A DNA stretch of 64,000 nucleotides from a virus: IMG/VR virus record IMGVR_UViG_3300025764_000004, positions 1 to 64,000 of that record; one strand, written 5' to 3'. Position numbers and translations under genes: made by a program. Shown here piece after piece: positions 26,603-36,058 of the stretch (its first letter is position 1; each line of letters starts with the position of its first letter). A model generated the notes under the pieces. That model was not told where the DNA came from. It searched no databases and saw nothing but the letters and a program-made list of their open reading frames with translations.

Positions 26603-27513
26603 GTCTATATCAAACACATCGTCCAAATGATTTTTCCTCAGTAAAAGGAAATGCAGATGTAATAAGTATCCTTGAAGGAATGTTATCCAATTTAGAGACA
26701 TTTCCACATGCCTTATTATTTTTCGGTGAAACCGGCTGTGGGAAAACAACTCTTGCTCGTATAATTGCAGCAAAATTAGGTTGTAAAGGTAGTGATCTAA
26801 AGGAAATTGATAATGCTGATTTCCGAGGAATTGATTCTGTACGAGATATAAAAATCAGTGCTCAATATGCTCCTATGGAGGGTCGTTGCAAGGTGTATAT
26901 ACTCGATGAAATCCACAAAATGACAGGGGATGCTCAGAACAGTCTGTTAAAAGAACTAGAAGAAATTCGTCCTCATGTGTATTATATCCTTTGTACGACA
27001 GAACCTCAAAAACTGTTAGCAACGATAAAAGGACGTTGCAGTCAATTCCAAGTCAAACCATTGACAGACAGTCAAATGAAAGGATTGCTTCGTGGGATTG
27101 TACGTTCAGAAAAACAAACATTAGATGATGAAGTCTATGATCAAATCATACAAGACAGTTTAGGTCATCCAAGGAATGCAATTACAATTTTAGAACAAGT
27201 ATTAAATGCAGATCCAGAACGTAGATTAGCTATTGCTCAACAAACCGCAGCACAACAATCACAAGGGATAGAATTGTGCCGTTTATTAATGAGCAAATCA
27301 ACCAAATGGGCTTCTATTGCTTCAATATTAACAGGATTAAAAGATCAAGAACCAGAAAGTATTCGTCGTATTGTATTAGGATATGCTCAAGCTGTTTTGT
27401 TAAAATCTGATAATCCTAGATGTGGGTTAATCCTTGAGTGCTTCATGGATCCTAATTTCACTAACGGCGGACCACAGCTCGTTCAAAGCTGTTATATGGT
27501 TTACAAAGGTTAA
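26599..27513 (+). CDS. dnaX: Clamp loader (Pol III gamma/tau-like AAA+)
   Basis: LYQTHRP, GETGCGKTT, ILDEIH, GRC. Confidence 0.9.
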   Translation: MSLYQTHRPNDFSSVKGNADVISILEGMLSNLETFPHALLFFGETGCGKTTLARIIAAKLGCKGSDLKEIDNADFRGIDSVRDIKISAQYAPMEGRCKVYILDEIHKMTGDAQNSLLKELEEIRPHVYYILCTTEPQKLLATIKGRCSQFQVKPLTDSQMKGLLRGIVRSEKQTLDDEVYDQIIQDSLGHPRNAITILEQVLNADPERRLAIAQQTAAQQSQGIELCRLLMSKSTKWASIASILTGLKDQEPESIRRIVLGYAQAVLLKSDNPRCGLILECFMDPNFTNGGPQLVQSCYMVYKG

Positions 27514-27552
27514 CTTTGCTTTTTGTATAATAACAATAAAAACTATAAAATT

Positions 27553-28059
27553 ATGGCAATAAATTACGAAAAAGACATCGAGATTGATGGAGAAGCATTA
27601 GATCAAGAATGGCTCAGACAAGCTTCATTAATGATGAAGTACTGTCATATTTCTGCACAAACACAAATGGAATTAGATTCCGCAAAAGAAATGTTAGATG
27701 TTGTTAAAGCAGGATTAGACAAAGCTATTCGAGAAAATCCTGAACAATATGACATTGTTAAGGTGACAGAAGTAGTAATTTCAAATACAATAATTGTCCA
27801 AGGAAGTTATACAGAAGCCTACGGTCATTATCTTCAAGTAAAATATGAAGCAGATATGGCAAAAGGAGCTGTTCGTGCTATTGAACAACGTAAAGATGCC
27901 TTAGAAAATTTAGTTCGTTTATATAACGGGCAGTATTTTGCAGGACCTAAAGTCCCTTTAAATATCAACAGAGAATGGGTTGAAAAAGAAAAAGAAACTC
28001 GTGTTAATGCAGGTGTTGCACAAGGATTAAGAAGAAGGAGAATTGTAGATGAAGAATAA
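27553..28059 (+). CDS. UvsY-like helical recombination mediator
   Basis: Helical profile, LDQEWLRQ, position before SSB/RecA. Confidence 0.55.
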   Translation: MAINYEKDIEIDGEALDQEWLRQASLMMKYCHISAQTQMELDSAKEMLDVVKAGLDKAIRENPEQYDIVKVTEVVISNTIIVQGSYTEAYGHYLQVKYEADMAKGAVRAIEQRKDALENLVRLYNGQYFAGPKVPLNINREWVEKEKETRVNAGVAQGLRRRRIVDEE

Positions 28060-28351
28060 CGAAGATCAAGTCTGGGTTACCATTAGTAGAACTATTAATT
28101 TAGGAAACTATAATAGTGTTAAAATTGAAGCAGGCTTATCTCAAACTATAGGCGAAAACGACCCTAAAGATTTATTAGATGCAATTTGTGACAATGTATT
28201 TGAGCTTATCAAAGTAAAAAGCAAAAAGTACAAAAAAGAATTGAAAGAAAAGCCTGATACAACTTCAAAAAGAATCAAGAAACCTTGGGTGAAAAATAAA
28301 TTCCCAGACGAAGAGTACGGTCCAGATGCTGGTGATAATCCTAACGACTAA
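28049..28351 (+). CDS. Conserved phage protein (RTINLGNYNSVKIE)
   Basis: Motif recognition. Confidence 0.7.
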   Translation: MKNNEDQVWVTISRTINLGNYNSVKIEAGLSQTIGENDPKDLLDAICDNVFELIKVKSKKYKKELKEKPDTTSKRIKKPWVKNKFPDEEYGPDAGDNPND

Positions 28352-28355
28352 AATT

Positions 28356-28529
28356 ATGGAAGCACTTCAAATTATAGGTAGCATATTAGTCTTTCTTTGT
28401 GCTTTTATATTTCTATTCTACTTGCTAAGTAGAATGCAAATGAAAGCCTGGTTACAAGAAATAGATAGTTTTTTCGAAGATAAATTAAATACACTTAAAA
28501 AAGAAGAACATGGCAAAGAAGAAAAGTAG
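28356..28529 (+). CDS. Small membrane protein
   Basis: Single TM; internal ATG of track ORF. Confidence 0.55.
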   Translation: MEALQIIGSILVFLCAFIFLFYLLSRMQMKAWLQEIDSFFEDKLNTLKKEEHGKEEK

Positions 28530-29814
28530 TTTTCGAGGCAAAGTACATTCTGACGCACAACGTCAAGAATCCTCGAAGTTCGGGTACTTAAATGTATCTA
28601 AAGATCAGCAATTTTCCCCGGAAGTAGACACTAAAGTAATGCTTGATTTTATGCCTTACGAAGTGACAGACATACATCATTCTGATAGAAACGAAAAAGA
28701 TGAAGTTGCTCTTGTTGGAGATCTTTGGTACAAACGTTCATTTAAAGTTCATAGAAATGTAGGTTCATCAAATGATGCTGTTGTTTGTTTAACCTCATTT
28801 GGTAAGAAATGTCCAATTTGCGAGTACCGTGCAAAACGAGTAAAAGAAGGTGCAGACAAAGATGAGTTAGATGCATTAAAAACATCAGACAGGAACTTGT
28901 ATGTTGTTATACCGCTTGATTCTAAAAAGCATAAAGTTCAGCCTTATGTGATGGACATTAGTCAGGCAATGTTTGGCAAACTGTTGAAAAAAGAATTAGA
29001 TGATAATCCTGACTGCGAAGTATTTCCAGATCTTGAAGAAGGGATGACTTTAAAAGTTCGTTTTGACGGAAAGACAATGGGCACCAGTAAGCCTTTTCCT
29101 GAAGCAACTCGTATTGATTTTTATGATCGTAAAAAACCGTATCCAGAATCAATATTGGAAGAAATTCCAAACTTAGACAAGGTTTTGCGTCAATTAACCT
29201 ATGCAGAATTGGAAGCTAAGTTCTTCGAAATTGATAATGAGGATGCTGCTGAAGATTTAAAAGAATCAAAAGGTAAAAAAGAGGAAGAGGAAGCTCCTCG
29301 GAAACGCAAGACTGTTAAAGAGGAAGAAGAGGAACCTCCTGTTCGTAAACGTAAAACAGTAGAACCTGAACCAGAAGAAGCTCCTCGTAAACGTCGTGCG
29401 GTAAAAGAAGAACCGGAACCTGAACCTGAGCCAGAAGAAGTGGAAATTACTTGGGAAGATTTGCAAGCAATGAAACCTTCTGTACTGAAACAACTTTGTG
29501 AAGAAAATGGGTTAGAAACAAATCCAAATGACTTCGATGATGATCCGAGTGCTTTCCGTCGGGCTATTGCAAAAGAAATAGGGATTGAGTATCCAAAGAA
29601 AGCTCTTGCTCGTCCTTCTACAAAAGAGGAAGAAGAAGATGAGGAACCTGCGCCGAAGATGACCTCCCGTTCTAAACCTGTAAAAGAAGAAGAGCCTACA
29701 GGCACGTGTCCATTTAAACACAAATTTGGTGTTGATGGAAACAAATTTGATGACTGTGACGATTGTAAAGTTTGGGATGATTGCTTAGATGCAAAAGAAA
29801 AGAAAACCAAATGA
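28510..29814 (+). CDS. gp32-like single-stranded DNA-binding protein with long charged tail
   Basis: VHRNVG, VVCL...KCPICE Zn site; acidic linker. Confidence 0.7.
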   Translation: MAKKKSSFRGKVHSDAQRQESSKFGYLNVSKDQQFSPEVDTKVMLDFMPYEVTDIHHSDRNEKDEVALVGDLWYKRSFKVHRNVGSSNDAVVCLTSFGKKCPICEYRAKRVKEGADKDELDALKTSDRNLYVVIPLDSKKHKVQPYVMDISQAMFGKLLKKELDDNPDCEVFPDLEEGMTLKVRFDGKTMGTSKPFPEATRIDFYDRKKPYPESILEEIPNLDKVLRQLTYAELEAKFFEIDNEDAAEDLKESKGKKEEEEAPRKRKTVKEEEEEPPVRKRKTVEPEPEEAPRKRRAVKEEPEPEPEPEEVEITWEDLQAMKPSVLKQLCEENGLETNPNDFDDDPSAFRRAIAKEIGIEYPKKALARPSTKEEEEDEEPAPKMTSRSKPVKEEEPTGTCPFKHKFGVDGNKFDDCDDCKVWDDCLDAKEKKTK

Positions 29815-30185
29815 CACTCCTAAAAATTAAAAATGAAAAGCATTTAGAAGATCAGAGTGAAGATAGGCACGTTGGGATAATTCTGCCCCAACGTGTTCAT
29901 TCTTATCTAACTTTATACACGTATGCAAATTCTGTGGCAAAAACAATAGTTATAAAAGAGCTGTTACAGAATTGGATGGACTCTGAAGGAAATACATCAG
30001 AAGAAGAGCTCATTAAAAAAATTGTAGTCAGAACAATTACTATTTGGAAACGTAAACGTGCAAAAGATGAAACCTGTTCTCTCAATCAATTTAAAAAACA
30101 ATTAATAGCAGAATTTCAATGGAGAGGATTACCCATAGAAATAATCAAAAAAATCTTAACTGGATTTAACGATGGAACGAACTAG
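29811..30185 (+). CDS. Putative ribbon-helix-helix DNA-binding protein
   Basis: HVGIILPQRVHSYL...KTIVIKELLQNWM. Confidence 0.5.
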   Translation: MTLLKIKNEKHLEDQSEDRHVGIILPQRVHSYLTLYTYANSVAKTIVIKELLQNWMDSEGNTSEEELIKKIVVRTITIWKRKRAKDETCSLNQFKKQLIAEFQWRGLPIEIIKKILTGFNDGTN

Positions 30186-31233
30186 AAGAAAGCCAGATGA
30201 ATCTCTAAGCACTCAAATGGTTAGACGAACAAACAAGCCTGCAATCGAAAAGAAAGAATATGACGGGGATTTTGGGACTGTAATTAGCACAGGCAGCACC
30301 TTGCTTGATTTAGCCATATCAGGCGGAAGAATACACGGCGGAGGCTTGCCCGGAGGTATATTAGTAGAGTGCTTTGGGCCTAGCGGATCGGGCAAGACAG
30401 TGCTACTGTCAGAGATTGCCGGTTGTGTACAACGTAAAGGTGGAGATATAATGTTTGCTGATCCAGAAGCTCGCCTTAACAAACAATTTGCAGCAATGTT
30501 TGGTCTTGACTTACCTGAAGATAGTTATACACGTCCAGACACGGTTATTGAATTATTTAAATCTGCAAACGACTGGGAGCCTACAACATTCAAACGTAAA
30601 ACCATAAATGGTATATTTGCTGACTCACTTGCTGCCCTTTCTACTGACATGGAAATGACAAAAGAGGAAGGCGATAAGATGGGAATGAAACGTGCAAAAG
30701 ACTTTTCAGAACAACTTAGGAAATTCTGTCGCGTTATTGCAGAAAAGAATTATTTGATGGTCTGCTCTAATCAGGTTCGTGTAAATGCAGATGCAGGACT
30801 TTACGGAGAGAAATATACCACTCCAGGAGGAGTTTCTATTGGCTTTTATAGTAGCCTGAGATTAAAATTTACTAAGCCTGCAAAGATTAAAGACAAACAA
30901 AAAGTCGTTGGTAAGGATGTTACACGTGTTATAGGTGTAGAAGTAGAAATCGAAGTGTACAAATCGTCTATCTGGAAGCCTTATCATACTGCCCCTGTTT
31001 ACATTCTATTTGATTATGGGGTAGATGACATTCGTGCGAATCTGCAATATGTCAAAGACTTTACCAAAAATACAGCATACACCTGTGGTGGTGAGAAACT
31101 TGATACCAGTTTAGAAGGGTCCATTAAAGCTATAGAATCTGCTGGACTAGAGGAAGATCTTCGTGAAGAAGTTATTGCATTGTGGGAACAAATTGAACGT
31201 AAATTCGAAAATGAAAGAAAACCAAAACGATGA
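30172..31233 (+). CDS. recA: RecA/UvsX recombinase
   Basis: ISTGSTLLD, GPSGSGKT, DSLAAL, NQVR, TPGG. Confidence 0.95.
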   Translation: MERTRRKPDESLSTQMVRRTNKPAIEKKEYDGDFGTVISTGSTLLDLAISGGRIHGGGLPGGILVECFGPSGSGKTVLLSEIAGCVQRKGGDIMFADPEARLNKQFAAMFGLDLPEDSYTRPDTVIELFKSANDWEPTTFKRKTINGIFADSLAALSTDMEMTKEEGDKMGMKRAKDFSEQLRKFCRVIAEKNYLMVCSNQVRVNADAGLYGEKYTTPGGVSIGFYSSLRLKFTKPAKIKDKQKVVGKDVTRVIGVEVEIEVYKSSIWKPYHTAPVYILFDYGVDDIRANLQYVKDFTKNTAYTCGGEKLDTSLEGSIKAIESAGLEEDLREEVIALWEQIERKFENERKPKR

Positions 31234-31421
31234 TAACTGATGAATCATTAATGCCGTGGGGCAAGTACAAAGGGGATAAAATGATTAATGTCCCTGCTTC
31301 TTATTTACTTTGGTTATATGACATGGAGAAAGTTTACGGTGAGGTAAAAGAATACATCAAAGATAATTTAGAGGTATTGCAATTTCAAGTTAAACAAAAT
31401 CAAAATGATTACAAGGGATAA
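31230..31421 (+). CDS. DUF3820-like small protein
   Basis: MPWGKYKG...VPASYLLWL. Confidence 0.75.
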   Translation: MITDESLMPWGKYKGDKMINVPASYLLWLYDMEKVYGEVKEYIKDNLEVLQFQVKQNQNDYKG

Positions 31422-31671
31422 TTATAGTTGGTTTGTTGGTTATTTAATTCAATTTAATGATCCTGTAATAAGATACGGTCCTTTTGAGACTTTAGAAAGC
31501 ATTTTAATGGACAGTTCATTAACTCCTCAATCCGATGATTATATTATCAGAGTATCTAGAACCGGTCGTTTCTTTCTTAGATTTTTATATTCTAAATATC
31601 GTTGGAGAGACATGGATACAATAGAATACATTCCGTCAGAGTCAAATATAAAATTAATATATCTAAAATGA
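31405..31671 (+). CDS. Hypothetical protein
   Basis: ORF track. Confidence 0.5.
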   Translation: MITRDNYSWFVGYLIQFNDPVIRYGPFETLESILMDSSLTPQSDDYIIRVSRTGRFFLRFLYSKYRWRDMDTIEYIPSESNIKLIYLK

Positions 31672-32159
31672 TAAGAATAAAAAAACCTATTGCAAAAGCA
31701 CCAGAACAATCGCTTAAAATCCTAGCTTTAGATGTAGCAACACATTGTGGTTGGGCAATTTCCCATTCTGTGTACGGTGTGTGGGACCTGACTCCTAAAC
31801 GAGACGAGTCCATCGGGATGAGACTTATTCGTTTACGTTCAAAATTAAACGACATTATTGATTGTGAGCACATCAATCTTGTTGTATTTGAGCGTCCGGG
31901 AGGTGCTTTTAAAGGTGCTATTATTGTTCAATCAGAATTACAAGGACAAATTAAGGTTGTGTGTGAAGACAAATCTATTCCTTACCGTGCTTATAGTTCT
32001 CAAGAAATCAAAAAGTTTGCAACAGGTAAAGGTAATGCTGGAAAACCTGCTATGATTGCTGCTGCAAAACTTAAATTAGATTATCCTGAGGAACGTAATA
32101 ATGATGATGAATGCGATGCTTTGTGGATGTTGGAACTTGCTAATTCTGAATACAAATGA
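31668..32159 (+). CDS. ruvC: RuvC-like Holliday junction resolvase
   Basis: ILALD, VFE, IKKFATGKGNAGK, DDECDA. Confidence 0.85.
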   Translation: MIRIKKPIAKAPEQSLKILALDVATHCGWAISHSVYGVWDLTPKRDESIGMRLIRLRSKLNDIIDCEHINLVVFERPGGAFKGAIIVQSELQGQIKVVCEDKSIPYRAYSSQEIKKFATGKGNAGKPAMIAAAKLKLDYPEERNNDDECDALWMLELANSEYK

Positions 32160-33256
32160 TCAACTCGCTACAAATCAAAAACTTTCAATCACATAAAAAT
32201 ACCAAATTAGAATTTTCTGAAGGTGTTAATGTGATTCTAGGCCCGTCAGATAGTGGAAAATCCGCTGTTATGAAAGCCTTAAAATGGGCTATAAATAACA
32301 GACCTTCAGGGGATAAAATATGTTCTTGGTGGGGCGGAGAAACTGAAGTTAAAATTTTGACAGATGAAGGAATAATTACTAGAAAAAAAGACAAATCTGA
32401 TGAATATCGTTTAGGGGATCCTCTCGGAGAATATAAAGACCTGATTTTTAAAGCATTTGGCTTAACTGTCCCAGAAGAAATTAGTTCTACTTTGAACATA
32501 TCTGAAGTAAACATTCAAAATCAAGCAGATGCTCATTTCCTAATAAGTAAAACTCCCGGAGAGGTTGCAGCTCATTTCAATAAAGTTGCACGTTTAGATA
32601 AAATTGATATTGCTACCAATAATGTAAACAGTTGGCTGAGTCATTTAAGAAATGATATCGGTTCTGTTGCTGTCAAAGGAAGAGCTTCGTTTGGTTTAGT
32701 CAAGCAATTAGCTGATGCTAAAGAAGGTTTAGAAAAGTTTGCATACTTGCAAAAGATGGAAATAGATCTTGAGGTATTAGAAGAATTAGCTAATCAATTA
32801 AAAAGTATTGGATTAAAAGTTCCTATACTTACCAGCTTATTAAAAAACATTGCAGCAACAGGGGAAAGCATTAAAGAAAAATCAACATTATTAAAACTTG
32901 AACAACCATTAACAGACGTTTTATCCAAAATCATATTAAGAAGAGAATTAGGGGATAATGGAAATAAATTGTTTAAATTAATCAAGGAAATAAAAAGTAC
33001 CAAGCAAGATTTAGATGATGCTGAAAGTATATTAATATTAGAAGCCCCTGTTGCCGTTTTGTTGCAATTGTATAAAAGTAAAGAAGTATTGAATCAGCAA
33101 CTAAATCAGCTAAATCGTGCCGTTTTAAATGCTCGTAATACAAACACACAACTAAAACAAAAAGAGGCAGAATTCGAGAGAATTCAAAAGACTTTTTCAG
33201 ATAACTTCCCAGAAGTTTGTCCCCTCTGCGGTATGCAACAAATTCATAAACATTAA
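32156..33256 (+). CDS. sbcC: SbcC/Rad50 N-terminal half (Walker A to zinc hook)
   Basis: NFQSH, GPSDSGKS, Q-loop, C-terminal CPLCG. Confidence 0.88.
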   Translation: MINSLQIKNFQSHKNTKLEFSEGVNVILGPSDSGKSAVMKALKWAINNRPSGDKICSWWGGETEVKILTDEGIITRKKDKSDEYRLGDPLGEYKDLIFKAFGLTVPEEISSTLNISEVNIQNQADAHFLISKTPGEVAAHFNKVARLDKIDIATNNVNSWLSHLRNDIGSVAVKGRASFGLVKQLADAKEGLEKFAYLQKMEIDLEVLEELANQLKSIGLKVPILTSLLKNIAATGESIKEKSTLLKLEQPLTDVLSKIILRRELGDNGNKLFKLIKEIKSTKQDLDDAESILILEAPVAVLLQLYKSKEVLNQQLNQLNRAVLNARNTNTQLKQKEAEFERIQKTFSDNFPEVCPLCGMQQIHKH

Positions 33257-33422
33257 AATAAAAATGAGTAATCTAATAGTGAACATTAGGTTTTTTTATT
33301 GGCATTTACAAATAGGCAAAGGACTTAGAACCTTTAAAATATTAAGGAATGAATCAATTACCAGCTTAAAAGGAATGCCAAAAATTAAAGTATTTGAGTT
33401 TTTTAATCTCATAAACTGAAAA

Positions 33423-33689
33423 ATGGATAAAAGTATTATTGTAAAAGGGAAAGAGAACGACGTTGTTTTTAGATTATTCGAAAACAACAATTCTATTAAT
33501 GAAATTCACATTCAAATAGAAGGTGAAAAGTCATGGATTGTTATTGGATACGGAGACCTGAAAATGGCTATTGAAAAGGCAGAAAATGAATTTAATATCA
33601 AAAAATTAGAAGATAGTGAATTGATAAAAATTGCCGATATAACTTACAACATGGAAGAAAGAACAGAAACAATTAAAAGACTGATTTAA
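33423..33689 (+). CDS. Hypothetical protein
   Basis: ORF track. Confidence 0.6.
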   Translation: MDKSIIVKGKENDVVFRLFENNNSINEIHIQIEGEKSWIVIGYGDLKMAIEKAENEFNIKKLEDSELIKIADITYNMEERTETIKRLI

Positions 33690-34030
33690 TGAAAAATTTA
33701 CTATTAATTATCACAGTTTTTTTATCGGTTAACTGCCTCGCTCAAAACCGATTTGAAAAAGTATTTGCAAGGGCCGATAGTGCTTTTTCTCAACTGGTTG
33801 ATTCTGTAAAGTTCAATCAAGTTATCAAAGAAATTGAAGCTGACACGGATAAAATAACCTTGACAACCGAACAATGTTTGCTTCTGTATTTTAACGGATA
33901 TATTAATGGATCGTTGAGATTTAAGCAAAAGGGAAGTTTTGATTTTGATGGCCTACTTAGAGAAATCAAGGAAAATAAACAATCAATTATCAGTTACAGA
34001 AGGTGTTACCGTCTGATTTTACATCACTAG
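33689..34030 (+). CDS. Secreted hypothetical protein (signal peptide, Gln+1)
   Basis: MKNLLLIITVFLSVNCLA|Q. Confidence 0.6.
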   Translation: MKNLLLIITVFLSVNCLAQNRFEKVFARADSAFSQLVDSVKFNQVIKEIEADTDKITLTTEQCLLLYFNGYINGSLRFKQKGSFDFDGLLREIKENKQSIISYRRCYRLILHH

Positions 34031-34049
34031 ATAAAAATAAAGAAATAAT

Positions 34050-34238
34050 ATGCCTTTAATAATAGATAATAATGAAGGTGAAAGTTATTGTTATGATGAA
34101 ACACACCCTATGATATTCGAAGATGAAGCGTCTGCAATACATTATCTTCAAGAACACGAAAACCTTTTTAAAAATAAACCAGAGTGGTTCGTAAAAGAAC
34201 AAATAAATTTAAACCAATCGGGGACTCAAAATAATTAA
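34050..34238 (+). CDS. Hypothetical protein
   Basis: ORF track. Confidence 0.5.
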   Translation: MPLIIDNNEGESYCYDETHPMIFEDEASAIHYLQEHENLFKNKPEWFVKEQINLNQSGTQNN

Positions 34239-34242
34239 CATC

Positions 34243-35172
34243 ATGATAAGGAAAGAACCAAGATACACAAACAGAATGCCAGATCGTATTCCTGATGCAA
34301 TTCTTTGTGCCGATATACATTTGGTAGAACGGGATTACCAGGCTCCATGTCGTACAGATTCTCTTTGGGAAAAGCAATGGATTAAAATGGACTTTATTTC
34401 TGCGTTACAAAAGAAATTTAGCTGTCCGGTTTTGTGTGCAGGTGATTTATTTGACTTTTGGAAACCTAGCCCAGATTTGCTTTCTGAGACAGCACGACAT
34501 ATCCCTAAAGAATTTTATACCATATATGGACAGCATGATGTTCCTCAGCATAGTTTAGATTTGTCTTACAAAAGTGGAATTCATAACTTGATTGTTAATG
34601 GTAAAGTAGATATATTAGACGACAAACATAACCCATCTGACATAGCTGAAGGGTGCTCATGGGGAATGAAGCCTACTGGGGAAACCGTAGGTAATCCGTT
34701 TAAAATACTTGTTTGGCATACAACCACCTATCAAGGAAAAGAACTTTGGCCTGGAGCAGAAATTCCAATGGCTGCAACATTATTAAGAAAATATCCACAA
34801 TATAATTTGATTGTGACAGGAGATAATCACAAACCTTTTACAGAATCATATCAAGGACGTTGGTTAGTTAATCCAGGTTCTATGATGCGATTAACTGCTG
34901 ATCAAGCAGATCACAAACCAAGAGTATATCTTTGGTATGCAGAAGATAATTCTATCAATATGGTTTATCTTCCTATTGAGTTAAATGTAATTACACGAGA
35001 ACATTTAGATATCAAAGAACAAAGAGATGCTCGTATAGATGCTTTTATTACACGTTTAAACGGGGAATATGAAGCAGGTCTGTCTTTTGAAGAGAACTTA
35101 GAACGGTTTTATGCAACAAACCAAATTCGCGAAAGTGTCAAAAATATAGTATATAAATCTTTAGAATCATGA
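34243..35172 (+). CDS. sbcD: SbcD/Mre11 metallophosphoesterase nuclease
   Basis: ADIH, AGDLFD, GQHD, GDNH, NPGS. Confidence 0.9.
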   Translation: MIRKEPRYTNRMPDRIPDAILCADIHLVERDYQAPCRTDSLWEKQWIKMDFISALQKKFSCPVLCAGDLFDFWKPSPDLLSETARHIPKEFYTIYGQHDVPQHSLDLSYKSGIHNLIVNGKVDILDDKHNPSDIAEGCSWGMKPTGETVGNPFKILVWHTTTYQGKELWPGAEIPMAATLLRKYPQYNLIVTGDNHKPFTESYQGRWLVNPGSMMRLTADQADHKPRVYLWYAEDNSINMVYLPIELNVITREHLDIKEQRDARIDAFITRLNGEYEAGLSFEENLERFYATNQIRESVKNIVYKSLES

Positions 35173-35450
35173 AAAAGAAAGAATTAAAATCTACAGTCAT
35201 TGCATTGAATAATAGGGTCCATGATTTAGAGGATCAAAAAGAAAGTAATGAATGGAAAGTAAAACTATATCAAGATTTGGCCGACTCAAATTTACAACTT
35301 TTAGGTTATGAGTTTGAGGCAGAACCGCCAATCGACGTAACTTGTAATATTGATCCATATACTCAATATTATCAGACAGGTAATTTTACAGTTACTCTGC
35401 ATCTTCATAGACCTATTAAAAAAGAAAGTCATGATACCAACTCCGCTTGA
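35169..35450 (+). CDS. Hypothetical protein
   Basis: ORF track. Confidence 0.55.
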   Translation: MKKKELKSTVIALNNRVHDLEDQKESNEWKVKLYQDLADSNLQLLGYEFEAEPPIDVTCNIDPYTQYYQTGNFTVTLHLHRPIKKESHDTNSA

Positions 35451-35655
35451 ATTACTTCAAAAACAATTAACAGATTTAGAACGTAATTTAGAGAAATCAG
35501 AAGAAATGCACCTAAATGATGAAATTGATTTTTATCTCAGACAAACACATGTAAGAAATCTAGCACCTAAAATTAGAAAATATCAACAAGCCATAAAAAT
35601 ATTAACTAATCATGATGAACGAAACACAATTACTCAAGCTAAAGAAAGAAGTTGA
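35431..35655 (+). CDS. Hypothetical protein (start MIPTPLE)
   Basis: Track ORF internal ATG. Confidence 0.5.
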   Translation: MIPTPLELLQKQLTDLERNLEKSEEMHLNDEIDFYLRQTHVRNLAPKIRKYQQAIKILTNHDERNTITQAKERS

Positions 35656-35848
35656 AGAAGCAAAACAAGAAGTGTCTGAACTTAAAGGACATTTGACTGC
35701 TCAAACAAAACAACTCAAAGAAGAATGGAAATGTACTTCTGTTGAAGAAGGTGAAGCCAAAATTGCTAATATGAAAAAAGAAATTAGCAAAATAGATGAA
35801 CAAATTGAAGAAGGGTCAAACAAAATAGAGGAAATGTACAATGCTTAA
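35612..35848 (+). CDS. Coiled-coil protein, possible Rad50/Mre11-associated segment
   Basis: Heptad pattern; position. Confidence 0.6.
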   Translation: MMNETQLLKLKKEVEEAKQEVSELKGHLTAQTKQLKEEWKCTSVEEGEAKIANMKKEISKIDEQIEEGSNKIEEMYNA

Positions 35849-36056
35849 AAAAGGTGATAGAATTATATTTTTAAAGGATATTACAGAAAATGCCACTGGG
35901 GATCATCCAGAATATCAACTAGCCATAAAAGGGCAAAAAGGTACTATTAATGAAAAATTAATACCTGAAGAAAGTGATTGGTTTAGTGTTTATTGGGACG
36001 GTTGGACTTCTGCTTCTTTTTCCGCAGAATTGAATGTAGATTTTAAAATTATTTAA
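35841..36056 (+). CDS. Small SH3-like hypothetical protein
   Basis: KKGDRI...KGQKGTI...VYWD. Confidence 0.55.
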   Translation: MLKKGDRIIFLKDITENATGDHPEYQLAIKGQKGTINEKLIPEESDWFSVYWDGWTSASFSAELNVDFKII

Positions 36057-36058
36057 TT

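Noticed and set aside
29199-29810. Long antisense ORFs (also 15303..15893, 15629..15952, 1899..2126 and similar)
   Set aside because: Shadows of low-complexity Glu/Lys/Ala-rich sense genes.
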